A DNA stretch of 64,000 nt from Candidatus Poseidoniales archaeon (GTDB taxonomy: Archaea; Thermoplasmatota; Poseidoniia; Poseidoniales; Poseidoniaceae), in assembly GCA_003602535.1 (NCBI GenBank), contig QQSA01000078.1, forward strand, positions 4,405 through 68,404, in the 5' to 3' direction. Positions 54,461-64,000 of this stretch are shown here, one piece after another (positions within the stretch are counted from its first letter, which is position 1; each line of letters begins with the position of its first letter). The notes below the pieces were generated by a model, which saw nothing but the letters and a program-made list of their open reading frames with translations, was not told the origin of the DNA and made no database searches. The position numbers and the translations under genes were made by a program.

Positions 54461-55489
54461 ATGGGCTGCAATCTTCGTGACCTTGCAAACGCCGAGGACA
54501 CCACAGTTGAAGCTATGCGAGGAAAGCGGGTAGGTATCGACAGTTTCCTTCTGGCATTCCAATTTCTAACCACAATTAGAGACCGGTCCCCTACAGGAGA
54601 TGGGGGGCCTCTAAAATCCGATAATGGAAAAGTTGTCGCTCACCTAATGGGTTTTCTTTCAAGGGCATCTATGATGTTAGCAAAAGGTGTCAAGCCGGTA
54701 TTCATTTTTGATGGCAGTCATCCGGATTTGAAGAAAGACGAAATGGACGCTAGAAGGGCTAAGAGAGAACAAGCAGAAGCTGATTGGAAGGCAGCTTTGG
54801 AAGTTGGTGATTTCGCAACTGCGCAAAAAATGGCGCAGCGTTGTGTAAAATACACTCCTGAAATGGTCGAGGAATCTATCGAGATGTTGACCCTGATGGG
54901 GATCCCGGCCTTTAGAGCAAAAGCAGAAGGTGAAGCTCAAGCTGCAGTAATGGCTGCAAATGGCCAACTAGATGCAGTAGCTACTCAAGACTGGGACGCA
55001 TTATTGTATGGAGCTCCAGTAGTTATTCGCAATTTAACTTCAGATGGAAGCAAGAGAATGGGACGGGTAATACGTGCTCAACGAATAGAATTATCTCAAT
55101 TATTAACTGAAAATGAATTGACTCGGGACCAATTAATCGACTTAGCGATAATGATTGGCACCGATTTCCACCCAGGGATTAAAGGAATTGGTCCAAAGAC
55201 TGGACTCAAATTAATCAAAGAGTATTCTACAATAGAAGCGGTTTGTGAGGCCAAAGGAAAAGATATTCCTGATCGCCTTGATGAAATCAGAGAAGTTTTC
55301 CGCAATCACCCGGTTGTTGAGGTTGATGATGATTTTCTCAAACAAGGGGATGTCGACGTTGAAGGCCTCAAAAAATTCCTAGTCGAAGATAGGCAATTTT
55401 CACTGAAGCGTTTTGACAATGCAATGGATCTGTTAGAAGATGCTGGCCTAGTCAGAACTGGTGGTCAAACATCACTATTCTCGTTCTGA
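54461..55489 (+). CDS. fen: Flap endonuclease 1 (FEN1)
   Basis: MGCNLRDLANAEDTTVEAMRGKRVGIDSFLLAFQFLTTIRDRS is the canonical FEN1 N-terminus (MG..L.D........L.GK.VAIDA.N.LYQFL..IR). The H3TH region (GIKGIGPKTGLKLIKE) and a C-terminal PIP-like box (GQTSLFSF) are also present. Confidence 0.9.
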   Translation: MGCNLRDLANAEDTTVEAMRGKRVGIDSFLLAFQFLTTIRDRSPTGDGGPLKSDNGKVVAHLMGFLSRASMMLAKGVKPVFIFDGSHPDLKKDEMDARRAKREQAEADWKAALEVGDFATAQKMAQRCVKYTPEMVEESIEMLTLMGIPAFRAKAEGEAQAAVMAANGQLDAVATQDWDALLYGAPVVIRNLTSDGSKRMGRVIRAQRIELSQLLTENELTRDQLIDLAIMIGTDFHPGIKGIGPKTGLKLIKEYSTIEAVCEAKGKDIPDRLDEIREVFRNHPVVEVDDDFLKQGDVDVEGLKKFLVEDRQFSLKRFDNAMDLLEDAGLVRTGGQTSLFSF

Positions 55490-56500
55490 TATGAACCGTA
55501 ATGGGCTAGCAAGTACTGAATGTCCTTGCCAATCACCTATCACATTGCGCGCTATGCTCTGAATATCTGACAACGCTTCACTTATCTTATTGATAGGAGA
55601 CGTGGGTATTCCTTGCAGCAACTCGCATACCTGAGATCTGTTCATCTCGCTTACCTTAGATTGAACTAAATCTACAACCTCTTGCCTCGAATCAACACGG
55701 TTTTGATTCGTTGGCCATGAGTTTTGGAATTCTAATAATTCCGATAATTTCGCAAACTGAGAATCTGAACCAACGGCTATCACTACCCAACCATCACTTG
55801 CCTCGAATGCCTGGTAAGGAACTAGGTTTGGATGTCCCGAGCCGAGAAGGCCAGGGTCATCTCCGCTAACGATCTGATTTTGCCCTTGATTCGCAAGAGA
55901 TGCAATGGCGCAATCCCACAATGAAATGTCTAAATGATTGCAAACTCCTGTCTTTTCTCTATGAAATAAAGATGCCAATATCGCATTCCCTGCATATAAT
56001 CCTGTGATAATATCAATCCAAGCGACTCCCACCTTTACAGGGCCCCCTCCTTTCTCGCCGGTAATACTCATTATTCCACTCATGGCTTGTAATGCTAAAT
56101 CGTATCCAGGTTCTTGAGAACGTGGTCCTGTTTGACCGAACCCCGTAATTGAACAGAGTATCACATCTTTGGGAATTGGTCCAATCAGTCTCTCCAATTG
56201 CCCAGGTCTAAAATTCTCAACCACAATATCAGATTGAGAAATTAACTTCTGGATTTCTGCTTTGTCTTCTTTCAAATTGTGGAACACAATTTGCTTTCCG
56301 CGATTACAGGACAAGTGGTATGCTGCGGTTCCGTCTTCCAAGAATGGCGGCCCCCAGCCCCTGGTATCATCACCCCAAGGAGCCTCTACTTTGGTGACCT
56401 CAGCACCCAAATCTGCCAGCATTTGAGTACAATATGGCCCAGCTAGTATTCGCGACAAATCAAGAACTCTGACACCTGTCAAAACGCCCGCCATGTACAT
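55475..56500 (-). CDS. CoA-transferase family III protein (CaiB/BaiF/racemase-like)
   Basis: MAGVLTGVRVLDLSRILAGPYCTQMLADLGAEVTKVEAPWGDDTRGWGPPF is the hallmark N-terminus of family III CoA-transferases. Confidence 0.8.
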   Translation of the reverse strand: MYMAGVLTGVRVLDLSRILAGPYCTQMLADLGAEVTKVEAPWGDDTRGWGPPFLEDGTAAYHLSCNRGKQIVFHNLKEDKAEIQKLISQSDIVVENFRPGQLERLIGPIPKDVILCSITGFGQTGPRSQEPGYDLALQAMSGIMSITGEKGGGPVKVGVAWIDIITGLYAGNAILASLFHREKTGVCNHLDISLWDCAIASLANQGQNQIVSGDDPGLLGSGHPNLVPYQAFEASDGWVVIAVGSDSQFAKLSELLEFQNSWPTNQNRVDSRQEVVDLVQSKVSEMNRSQVCELLQGIPTSPINKISEALSDIQSIARNVIGDWQGHSVLASPLRFISERE

Positions 56501-56540
56501 ACGATGTGGGCAAAAGAGTTGAACCCCCCTGTTCTGAGAG

Positions 56541-57974
56541 TTGAATATGAAGTGGTTTGAAGAAAACAATGACCGCTTCTGGATTGGGTTATTAGTGGTC
56601 GCTGTTCTGCTAAACTTATTCGCAATTCACAACTCAGATTTGGGACTTGATGTTCATGTTAAGTCGGCTTATGTTGAAACTGACGATGGCTATGTCTTGG
56701 ATTGGGGGGATACACGACAAAGCGATCCAAACGCATCCGACCCTGAACAGGCCACTGTAATCGATTCCCCTCCTGCGATCCTGCCACCAATTGTGAGTCT
56801 AATTTTGTTGATTCTAGTCTTTCTTTTACTCTCTCGCCATAACAACAACATACCAATAATTGGAATAATATTACTTCACCCTACACTAATTTTTTCTTCA
56901 GGGAAATCGTATGATGAGTTAATGATTCTATCAATTTTTGGCGCTGGAGTCTTACTGCTAAATAATGCGTACACTCGTTCTGAAAATTCAAATGTTGCAC
57001 TCAGTTCAAAACTAGTAGCATACGCTGTAATGATTGGTGCAATAATGTTCAAATTGAATTTCGATTCATGGCTCGAGTTGTTTGTAATTGGAATTGCCAT
57101 AGCCACTATAATTAGCATATACATTCCGAAATTAGAACTCAATCCAAGATACATTTTGGTTGGAAGTTTTTCATTAGGAATGATTACTATTATTGGTCTC
57201 GGTGTTGTAGGCTATGGTACCTCAAAAATTATTGTAGATGAACCGATTAGATTCCTTTATTCCTTACCATTTGCAATGTTTGATTTGATAATAATATATG
57301 CAATATTTGGAATGATATTGTGGCCTTATGTCAGTTCTACATGGAGAAAAATGGGAGATGTGAAAGATGATTTAACTTGTGAACTTTCACTGATTGTTGG
57401 AGGAATTGCCGGATTAATCACTGCATATGTTGCAGTATTATGGACATATGAATCGGTTCTGTGGGATTCTGAGTGGCCATGGCATATGCTTACTATGGGA
57501 AATAATGGAAGATACATCACCCTTCTTGCAATACCACTCTGGATCTTGATAAATAGAGTAAATGGAGAAATAGATTGGAAAAATAAGAAATTATTCATCG
57601 GGATATTGCTGATTATGCCATTCTCTCTTCTAGCAGGTTTTCATGGTCAAACGATGTGGACTGATGATGCTGCAGATTCGATGGAATTAGAAGAAGGAGA
57701 ACATTTCTTATTTGTCTCCGATGCAACACTCGGAATGCATTGGTTGTATACATTTCATGAACCGCTCAATGCTGAAGAAAACAATATCACAGGTCATTGG
57801 AGAAGTGATCAATCCTCTTGGATCGGCGATTTAGATGGCGAACTTAGTCATATAGATTGGATTGTTTTGTCACCTGAAATTGATGATGTACCGGATGGTT
57901 GGGAGGTCAAAGGTTCGGGAACCGCTGATTACCTAAACGGTGGAGGAACTTGGCGTATACTTGTTAGGTTATGA
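56541..57974 (+). CDS. Polytopic membrane protein (at least 10 TM) with a C-terminal soluble domain; function unknown
   Basis: ORF from the track. Hydrophobicity pattern only. The first extracytoplasmic loop contains ETDDGYVLDW. Confidence 0.45.
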   Translation: MNMKWFEENNDRFWIGLLVVAVLLNLFAIHNSDLGLDVHVKSAYVETDDGYVLDWGDTRQSDPNASDPEQATVIDSPPAILPPIVSLILLILVFLLLSRHNNNIPIIGIILLHPTLIFSSGKSYDELMILSIFGAGVLLLNNAYTRSENSNVALSSKLVAYAVMIGAIMFKLNFDSWLELFVIGIAIATIISIYIPKLELNPRYILVGSFSLGMITIIGLGVVGYGTSKIIVDEPIRFLYSLPFAMFDLIIIYAIFGMILWPYVSSTWRKMGDVKDDLTCELSLIVGGIAGLITAYVAVLWTYESVLWDSEWPWHMLTMGNNGRYITLLAIPLWILINRVNGEIDWKNKKLFIGILLIMPFSLLAGFHGQTMWTDDAADSMELEEGEHFLFVSDATLGMHWLYTFHEPLNAEENNITGHWRSDQSSWIGDLDGELSHIDWIVLSPEIDDVPDGWEVKGSGTADYLNGGGTWRILVRL

Positions 57975-58716
57975 GTGGAGGTCTCCATTGACCATTTTTT
58001 TTCCCGTGATCAAGAATATGCCAATATACTGTTTCTTCAGCCTCATCGGGTAAAACAAACGGCCCTAAACGAGACCAAGCACGCTTTGCATTCCATCTCA
58101 AAAACGGAATAGATAGAGCAGGTCCACAAGTAGGAAGTCCGAATTTTGTTAACCATGGTCGGCTAATCAATCCTGAATCCTTCAATGCATTCTCTACTGC
58201 ATTCCAATCTTTCCACGGCCCTGCTTTTTTACGGACGAGCCACGAGGGATTTACACTGCTATCTAATTCAAAGCCTGCCTTGGCAATAACAGGCGCCATC
58301 CAAGGCGCGATATATCCGGCTGGAGCTCTAAACCATGGCCTCCACGCATCTCCTGCAAATTTATGCAGTTTGATATCTGCTTCGACAATGGCTGCCAAAA
58401 ATCCGTCTACATCTTCAGGGAATGCGGACCAACAGCGATGAGTTAATCCATGGCAACCAATGGTAACCTGTGGATGATTTTTCAGCAAATCACTCAACCA
58501 TTGATTGAAGATAGGATCATCTAACTGATCTGCAATAACAAATATGGTAAGTGTAACTTGAGTCCTATCCAACCATTTTCTGAATGCTTTCATAGCATTT
58601 TTCATTTCATTTGATGTTCCTTCGTGAGGTGCTCCCTTCGATCTTGTTGGATGACCTTGCGAAGAAGGTGTGTGACGAATGTCGTCTGAATCAACGGTCA
58701 ACCAGACCGGTCTCAT
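57964..58716 (-). CDS. Polysaccharide deacetylase (NodB-homology/CE4-like) family protein
   Basis: LTIFVIADQLDD, IGCHGLTHRCW and WFRAPAGY correspond to the TFDDG / H-x-x-x-H / RxPxG NodB motifs. Confidence 0.5.
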   Translation of the reverse strand: MRPVWLTVDSDDIRHTPSSQGHPTRSKGAPHEGTSNEMKNAMKAFRKWLDRTQVTLTIFVIADQLDDPIFNQWLSDLLKNHPQVTIGCHGLTHRCWSAFPEDVDGFLAAIVEADIKLHKFAGDAWRPWFRAPAGYIAPWMAPVIAKAGFELDSSVNPSWLVRKKAGPWKDWNAVENALKDSGLISRPWLTKFGLPTCGPALSIPFLRWNAKRAWSRLGPFVLPDEAEETVYWHILDHGKKNGQWRPPLIT

Positions 58717-59220
58717 CTAATCACCACGATTTAATTGCACTAGATGTAAAACATGTGGGATTGTTCTATTTCCAATTTCAATAGGAACGAATCCCTCAAT
58801 TGCTAGTCCTTTCCATTTTTCACAAATCGATTTACAAGCAGAAAGCCCTGCTTCATTGTGCGGATGAACAGTAATCTCAATCAGAGATTGTTCGGTTCTA
58901 TTACTCTGCCAAGAGAATATTGCATCAACACATGAACGGGCTATGCCTTGACGTCTCCAGTTTTTCTTGACCCAATATCCCAGATTGTATGCTGAAGCGG
59001 CTAATTGAAGCTCATCGCCTAGACCGATCAAACCAACAAATGAATTATCATCGAGGGAATGAATTGCCCAAAAATGAATGGTGTCTTGTTCTTTGTGCAT
59101 CTCTAAATCAATCATCAAATCAGCAATTTGTCTACGAGCTTGGTCTCCTTCTTTCAGCCAAGGTAATGCCGCTTTCGCTGCGTCTGGATCCTCGAGATAT
59201 GCCTCCATAACCTCCGGCAA
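58717..59220 (-). CDS. GNAT-family N-acetyltransferase (RimL/RimJ-like)
   Basis: GLIGLGDEL...YNLGYWVKKNWRRQGIARSCVDAI is the GNAT motif A region (Q/RxxGxG/A). Confidence 0.7.
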   Translation of the reverse strand: MPEVMEAYLEDPDAAKAALPWLKEGDQARRQIADLMIDLEMHKEQDTIHFWAIHSLDDNSFVGLIGLGDELQLAASAYNLGYWVKKNWRRQGIARSCVDAIFSWQSNRTEQSLIEITVHPHNEAGLSACKSICEKWKGLAIEGFVPIEIGNRTIPHVLHLVQLNRGD

Positions 59221-59295
59221 AATACGACGATTGATTGGCCGAAGAATGACCTTCTCATCGACTTTTATTTCCGGCGTTTCCAGAATTCTTCCTCC

Positions 59296-60417
59296 TTAAA
59301 TTACAAGATGGGTTATTGCTGAGGATACATGCTCATTTTCTGGCATTGCAATTTTCGCTCTTTCTAACATTGACTTTACTTCGTCAATACGATCAATTTG
59401 TTTCAATACCATTCCAATGTGATAGATAAGATCGATGTTTTCATCGGTTAAGTGAGGCCCTAATACGTCGATTGTGGATTTTGCTTCTTCAAGGTGCCCA
59501 CTTTTTGCCAACTCCAATGCAGAAACAACTTCGCGATGGATTTGGCGGGCATCCCAGGGTTCAGCAGCATTCCAAGGCCAAATTCTCTCTACAGTAGTTG
59601 GAGAAATCATTTCTGAACCCTCTTCTCCGACATCTGTCACTGGAGGGTCTTCTGGAATCTGTGGTAAATCCGCAACTTGGACTTCTGATGCAGTGTTTAC
59701 TACCGGAATTGGTACTTTTTCTACTGGCTCAGGTATTGCTTGAACTGTTTCAGATTGAATATCTGGAATCGCTGGTAAAACCGATGAAGGGGTAGGTGCA
59801 GGAGCTTTGGTAGCAGTGAGATTGATTCGGTTTTCATACAGATCTTCTGAAGGCAGAGAGGGCAGTTCTGTTCCTCCCACATGACCCTTCAAATCATCAT
59901 CGATTCCAGTAGGAGTATTCGGCGAATATAATGCGCCCTTTCCTTGGTGAACTGGTTCTGGGACTTGGTCAAATGGATCTTCTTTCGAGAAATCTAATTT
60001 TTCTACTCCTGGAATGGCCTCTCCAATATCGTCAACAGTTATCTCCTCTGGTTCATGGGCAACTGTGTTATGCAATTCGGGAGAAGACGATTTCATGAAA
60101 CCTACTTTTTCAGGTTCTTCTGAATTGAAATCTGTTACGCTATATTGGTCGACGTCAACCGGTTCTTGATCTAATGTGAGAACTACATCTAAGGCTTCAA
60201 CTTCTTTCCATGAATCATCGTCATCATCAGACATTAACTCATCAAAAATAGAATCGCTAACTTCAGTTGAAATTTGTTCACCCTGATCTCTAGGTGATTT
60301 GTTTAACTCGTAATAGCATTGTACACAGGTTTCCGAACCAACAGGGCTCACGAACTCGCAATAAGGGCAAACTTCACCCTCAATATCTACGGCCGCTTTA
60401 CGCCTGAACATAGTCAC
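59296..60417 (-). CDS. Zinc-ribbon protein with an acidic disordered middle and a helical (TPR-like) C-terminus
   Basis: N-terminal CPYCEFVSPVGSETCVQC is a CxxC...CxxC zinc ribbon. A long D/E/P-rich linker follows. Confidence 0.5.
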   Translation of the reverse strand: MTMFRRKAAVDIEGEVCPYCEFVSPVGSETCVQCYYELNKSPRDQGEQISTEVSDSIFDELMSDDDDDSWKEVEALDVVLTLDQEPVDVDQYSVTDFNSEEPEKVGFMKSSSPELHNTVAHEPEEITVDDIGEAIPGVEKLDFSKEDPFDQVPEPVHQGKGALYSPNTPTGIDDDLKGHVGGTELPSLPSEDLYENRINLTATKAPAPTPSSVLPAIPDIQSETVQAIPEPVEKVPIPVVNTASEVQVADLPQIPEDPPVTDVGEEGSEMISPTTVERIWPWNAAEPWDARQIHREVVSALELAKSGHLEEAKSTIDVLGPHLTDENIDLIYHIGMVLKQIDRIDEVKSMLERAKIAMPENEHVSSAITHLVI

Positions 60418-60478
60418 CAGCAGATATTCGGTTACTCATTTCCTTGTTAAGTATCACCTATTCCCGACCACCGGCAGC

Positions 60479-62488
60479 ATGCTATACAAGCAGCCCCACC
60501 GTTTTGTCATGGCCGAGAAGGGAGGGGTTCGAAGAATGAGCACCCGCTCTAAAGGTAAAGGCTCTTCAAATGTTGCACATGAAGCAAAATGGAGAAAATC
60601 CCAAGACCATTTTGAATGCTTTACAAATCTAATTGGGATTGAGCTTGAAGACGAGTTAAATCAAGTTCAAGAGCGATGGAAGAATTGGTCAAAACAAAAG
60701 ATGCTCAGCGCAGGCCTAGCTTTATTCGATTTAGTTGGACGAACTTCTGGTCGTTTTTTTGGAGATCCTATCATTGTGTTTGAAGCAAGAGGCGGGGGGG
60801 CATTGCCCTTCCACCGATTCGGTCATGGCGACATGGTGATCATTTCTCGGGCAAGGCCTTGGGGTGAGAAGGTTGTTGAGGGAGTGGTCTTAGATCGTAA
60901 TAATCGAAGAATTAGAATTGTTGCCAAAGATAAGCCAATCGACTTACGTAAAGGTGGTTGGCGTTTGGATAGAGGTGCGAATCGTGTTGCTCATGATAGG
61001 ATGCATGAAGCTCTGACTTCATTCCATTCAACCGAGGGCGATGGCGGAACTGTTTTGCGAGACCTGTTGCTTTGCCAACCGCATGATCTCGTTTCATCTG
61101 CTCAAAGGCCTCCCGAAATACATGGTCAGAAAATCCGCCCTGTAAATCTGAAAGGTATGTTACTTGATGAAAGTCAAAAACAGTCTATTGAGGCTGCTGT
61201 CGGACAACGGCTGACTCTAATTCAGGGACCGCCTGGAACCGGAAAAACACATACTGCTGTACATTTATTGAAGGCGCTGATAGATATGGGAAGAGGTCCT
61301 ATTCTAGCATGTGCAGAGTCGAATGTAGCAGTTGATAATTTACTTGAAGGTTTACTCGATTTAGATGTAAATGCCATTAGATTCGGAAGACCAGTGAAGG
61401 TCCGTGAAAGTCTTAGAGAAGCCACATTAGATGCTCAGGTTTCAAGTCACCCAAAGCAAGATGAAATCGCATTTATCAGGGAAGAAACTGATGCTATTCG
61501 CTCAAAGCTTCATGACTTGAAAGGTAAGGATAAGGGATTTGCTCATCGCGATATAAACAAGAATTATCGAGAGATTAGAGAACTAGAGCAACGAATTACC
61601 GATGATGTATTGGGTAATGCTCAGGTTTTGTGTACGACAAATATTGGTGCCGGACATTTCACATTGGCTAATCGTAAATTCTCAATTGTATTGATTGATG
61701 AAGCCACACAGGCTACTGAACCATCAGCTTTAGTCCCTATTGTCAAAGGTGCACGCCAGTTAATTCTAGTGGGAGATCATCGGCAATTACCACCAACTGT
61801 CACTAGTAGAAGAGCAGAAGAAGACGGTTTAGACATCCCGTTATTCGAACGCCTTCTCTCCAATGGTTTACCTGCACATATGCTGACTACTCAATATCGA
61901 ATGCATCCTAGTATTCGCGAATTTCCATCTTCTCGGTTTTATGAAAACAAATTGGAAGATGGTTGTTCTCCAACAGAGAGGCCGCCTGTCGCTGGTTTCT
62001 TGTGGCCAGATTGGGATAAACCAGTAGCCTTCGTACCAGTTCATGGTGCTGAAATTGAAGAAGAGGCCGGGTCGTCTCGTTCAAATATGGATGAAGCTGC
62101 AATAGTTGTCAAAGTAGTAAACGATCTTCTAGCACCTGGAGATTTAACTCCAGAAGACATTGGTGTAATCTCCCCTTATGCTGGACAAGTAAGATTGATC
62201 AGGAGCATGGTGGATGATGTCATTGAAGGTCTTGAAGTTAAATCGGTGGATGGATATCAAGGGAGAGAAAAGGAAATTATTGTTCTTTCAACGGTTCGTT
62301 CCAACGATGCGGGGAAAGTTGGTTTTCTTTCCAATTACAGGCGTCTAAATGTTGCTTTGACAAGAGCAAAACGCGGATTAATCGTTATTGGTGATGACCG
62401 CACCTTACGCAATGACTCCACATGGGCAAGTTGGCTTGATTGGATTTCAGAATCTAATCTCATGGCATGGCATGTTGTAAATTCTTGA
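60479..62488 (+). CDS. Upf1/DNA2-like superfamily-1 helicase (AAA_11/AAA_12 type)
   Basis: LIQGPPGTGKTHT is Walker A. VLIDEATQATEP is motif II. LVGDHRQLPPTV follows. DGYQGREKEIIVLSTVRSN and LNVALTRAKRGLIVIGD are motifs V/VI. Confidence 0.8.
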   Translation: MLYKQPHRFVMAEKGGVRRMSTRSKGKGSSNVAHEAKWRKSQDHFECFTNLIGIELEDELNQVQERWKNWSKQKMLSAGLALFDLVGRTSGRFFGDPIIVFEARGGGALPFHRFGHGDMVIISRARPWGEKVVEGVVLDRNNRRIRIVAKDKPIDLRKGGWRLDRGANRVAHDRMHEALTSFHSTEGDGGTVLRDLLLCQPHDLVSSAQRPPEIHGQKIRPVNLKGMLLDESQKQSIEAAVGQRLTLIQGPPGTGKTHTAVHLLKALIDMGRGPILACAESNVAVDNLLEGLLDLDVNAIRFGRPVKVRESLREATLDAQVSSHPKQDEIAFIREETDAIRSKLHDLKGKDKGFAHRDINKNYREIRELEQRITDDVLGNAQVLCTTNIGAGHFTLANRKFSIVLIDEATQATEPSALVPIVKGARQLILVGDHRQLPPTVTSRRAEEDGLDIPLFERLLSNGLPAHMLTTQYRMHPSIREFPSSRFYENKLEDGCSPTERPPVAGFLWPDWDKPVAFVPVHGAEIEEEAGSSRSNMDEAAIVVKVVNDLLAPGDLTPEDIGVISPYAGQVRLIRSMVDDVIEGLEVKSVDGYQGREKEIIVLSTVRSNDAGKVGFLSNYRRLNVALTRAKRGLIVIGDDRTLRNDSTWASWLDWISESNLMAWHVVNS

Positions 62489-62506
62489 GGACACCCTTTC
62501 AAAGGA

Positions 62507-63079
62507 ATGGCCCAACCCCGTGTTATGGCGGACTCCCCGGTCAGTGTGCATAATCCCGGAACGATGGCACAAGCAGCCGTTGCTGCAACTGCGCCAGAAG
62601 GGATGCTTATTGCCCCAATATGGAAAAGAATTGTTGCATTGAGTTTGGATGCATTTCTGATAACTTTGATAATCGCATTGCCAACAGGTGGCACGTTTTT
62701 CTTGTATTTGATGGCTATTGATTTATTGATAACAAACCAAGCTCCTTATGTAATTGCCACATGGGTTATGCATCTGACTTTTTATTGGCTGTACTTCAAA
62801 TACACTGGTAGAAATTATGGCCGCTCTCTCGGACAAAGAGCAATGAGAATTGCGATAGTTCACGATGATGGTAGTCTTCTAGGTGAAGCACACTGGGGTA
62901 GGAGAGCTGCTCATAAAATAAAGTACGTAATACCATTCGTCGGAATATTATTCGGAATTTGGGATGTATTGCAAACCTCTAGAAATGAAACAAAAAGAAG
63001 CCCAGTTGACCTTGCAAATCACACGGTTGCTGCTGTAGATTGGTCGCTCCCTGTTGAAACCCGTGGTGGATTAAGATAG
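62507..63079 (+). CDS. RDD-family membrane protein
   Basis: WKRIVALSLDAFLITLIIALP and the later YGRSLGQRAMRIAIVHDDG fit the RDD-family layout (R..A...D......I), with 3 TMs. Confidence 0.5.
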   Translation: MAQPRVMADSPVSVHNPGTMAQAAVAATAPEGMLIAPIWKRIVALSLDAFLITLIIALPTGGTFFLYLMAIDLLITNQAPYVIATWVMHLTFYWLYFKYTGRNYGRSLGQRAMRIAIVHDDGSLLGEAHWGRRAAHKIKYVIPFVGILFGIWDVLQTSRNETKRSPVDLANHTVAAVDWSLPVETRGGLR

Positions 63080-63137
63080 GGCTCTTGTTATGGTTGTCTT
63101 CAAGTATGGTTGCGTTAGTGGCAAGGTAGGTGAGCGG

Positions 63138-64000
63138 GATGAGTGTACCAACTTCTGGAAATAGTGGCTCTCTTCAAGCCGAAGTAATCGATATCAAAAT
63201 GGACATCAATGATGATGATGAAGATGTTATCATTGCCGTTGTTTCAATTACTAACGAGGCTCCTGTTCCAATGGGTGGATTAGATGTTTCAGTTATTACG
63301 AATGCTGGATTAAAATATTCATCAACCGAAGGCGTAACCAGTTTAGGCCCAGGTATTGAACGAGAATGGACTTTCGAATTTCCCCTTGATTCTGGTGAAT
63401 GGACTTTTTTGCTAAGTAGTTCATCTGATGAAATAAAAATGGGGCCTTTCGCTTATGATTTCGAATACAGTGTCACACAAGGAAGAAAGTTATCCAGCAA
63501 TATTGGTTCATCGTTATTCTCTGGAGCCTTTGATGATAACTTGGGTGACTTTGGAAATGTCAAAGAGCGCGAAATGATCGACCCTAGTAAAGTAACGATG
63601 AAATCGTATGCAGCAGAAAATTCGAGAGGCGGAGAAACGCTAATCAAGGCCGATCTTGGACATCTATCAACCGGCTTGACCGCTACCTCTAGCGACGATG
63701 CTCATGAAGCTCCAATCTTAAATTCAAACCCAATTCGTGAAGCCCCGTTATCTCAACCATCACGTACCGAAGATCCTCTATTGGCCCATGCTCCTTCGTC
63801 TCCATCCGTTAGAGAGCCTGAGTTGAATGCTGTCACTCCAACCATACCTCTCCCTCCTGCTGGGCCACCTACACCTCCTGCCGGACCGCCTTCGCCCCCT
63901 ACAGGGCCACCATCTGGCCCTCCTACACCTCCTGCCGGACCACCCACACCTCCTACAGGGCCACCATCTGGCCCACCTACGCCTCCTGCTGGGCCACCTA
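63138..64000 (+). CDS. Protein with an N-terminal beta-rich domain and a C-terminal PPxGPP(T/S) proline-rich tandem-repeat region; 3'-partial (runs off the window)
   Basis: Manual translation from the ATG at 63138 is open to the window end: MSVPTSGNSGSLQAEVIDIKMDINDDDEDVIIAVVSITNEAPVPMGGLDVSVITNAGLKY... ...PLPPAGPPTPPAGPPSPPTGPPSGPPTPPAGPPTPPTGPPSGPPTPPAGPP. It is absent from the ORF track because it is edge-truncated. Confidence 0.55.
63838..64000 (+). repeat. Imperfect tandem DNA repeat (~51-54-nt unit; sub-units cctcctgc(c/t)gg(a/g)cc(a/g)cc...) encoding PPAGPPTPPTGPPSG repeats
   Basis: Repeated blocks are visible directly in the last ~160 nt. The minus-strand ORF 63753..63947 (Gly-rich) is their antisense shadow. 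Confidence 0.6.

Noticed and set aside
63753-63947. Gly-rich 64-aa minus-strand ORF
   Set aside because: Antisense of the Pro-rich tandem repeat (CCN complement gives GGN).
1-64000. CRISPR arrays, rRNA genes, transposases/IS elements
   Set aside because: No direct-repeat/spacer periodicity, no rRNA-like conserved stretches and no transposase-like ORFs were seen. XerA is interpreted as chromosomal rather than an element integrase because no flanking tRNA or direct repeats were noticed.

Overview
This 64-kb window reads as an archaeal chromosome segment. Archaeal markers include MC1 chromatin protein, Holliday junction resolvase Hjc, XerA-type tyrosine recombinase, Sec61-beta, FEN1, an Lhr helicase, two PGF-CTERM sorting signals and archaeal-type tRNAs. 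The low-GC composition and the abundance of huge acidic, sequon-rich surface proteins suggest a marine Thermoplasmatota (MGII/Poseidoniales-like) lineage; that lineage call is inference only. Coding density is high, with about 58 CDS and 2 tRNAs. No CRISPR, rRNA or transposase was seen.

Main blocks:
- Two giant (about 1700 aa) TM-anchored surface proteins are divergently arranged around a site-2 protease, a signal peptidase, Hjc and a macro-DacZ pair.
- An Lhr helicase, a secreted PLC-like enzyme, dCMP deaminase and FolC.
- A signal-peptide-peptidase/presenilin-like GxGD protease carrying a large ectodomain, followed by serS and an M28 peptidase.
- A 1173-aa hyper-acidic Ca-binding protein with EF-hand tandem repeats, LDLa-like Ca cages and a PGF-CTERM.
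- xerA, then an HhH protein with a histone-H1-like Lys/Ala-rich tail, and Sec61-beta.
- A cox operon (coxB-coxA-coxC-coxD-sco1) in which three subunits carry unusual extensions.
- tRNA-Ser, a lipid kinase, ribD, fen1, a CoA-transferase and a Upf1-like helicase.
- A partial Pro-rich repeat protein at the window end.

The most unusual items are the Ca-binding PGF-CTERM giant, the SPP-like protease fusion, the giant-protein/intramembrane-protease neighbourhood and the modified cox operon. All domain calls come from reading the translated ORFs by eye against remembered family motifs. No searches were run.
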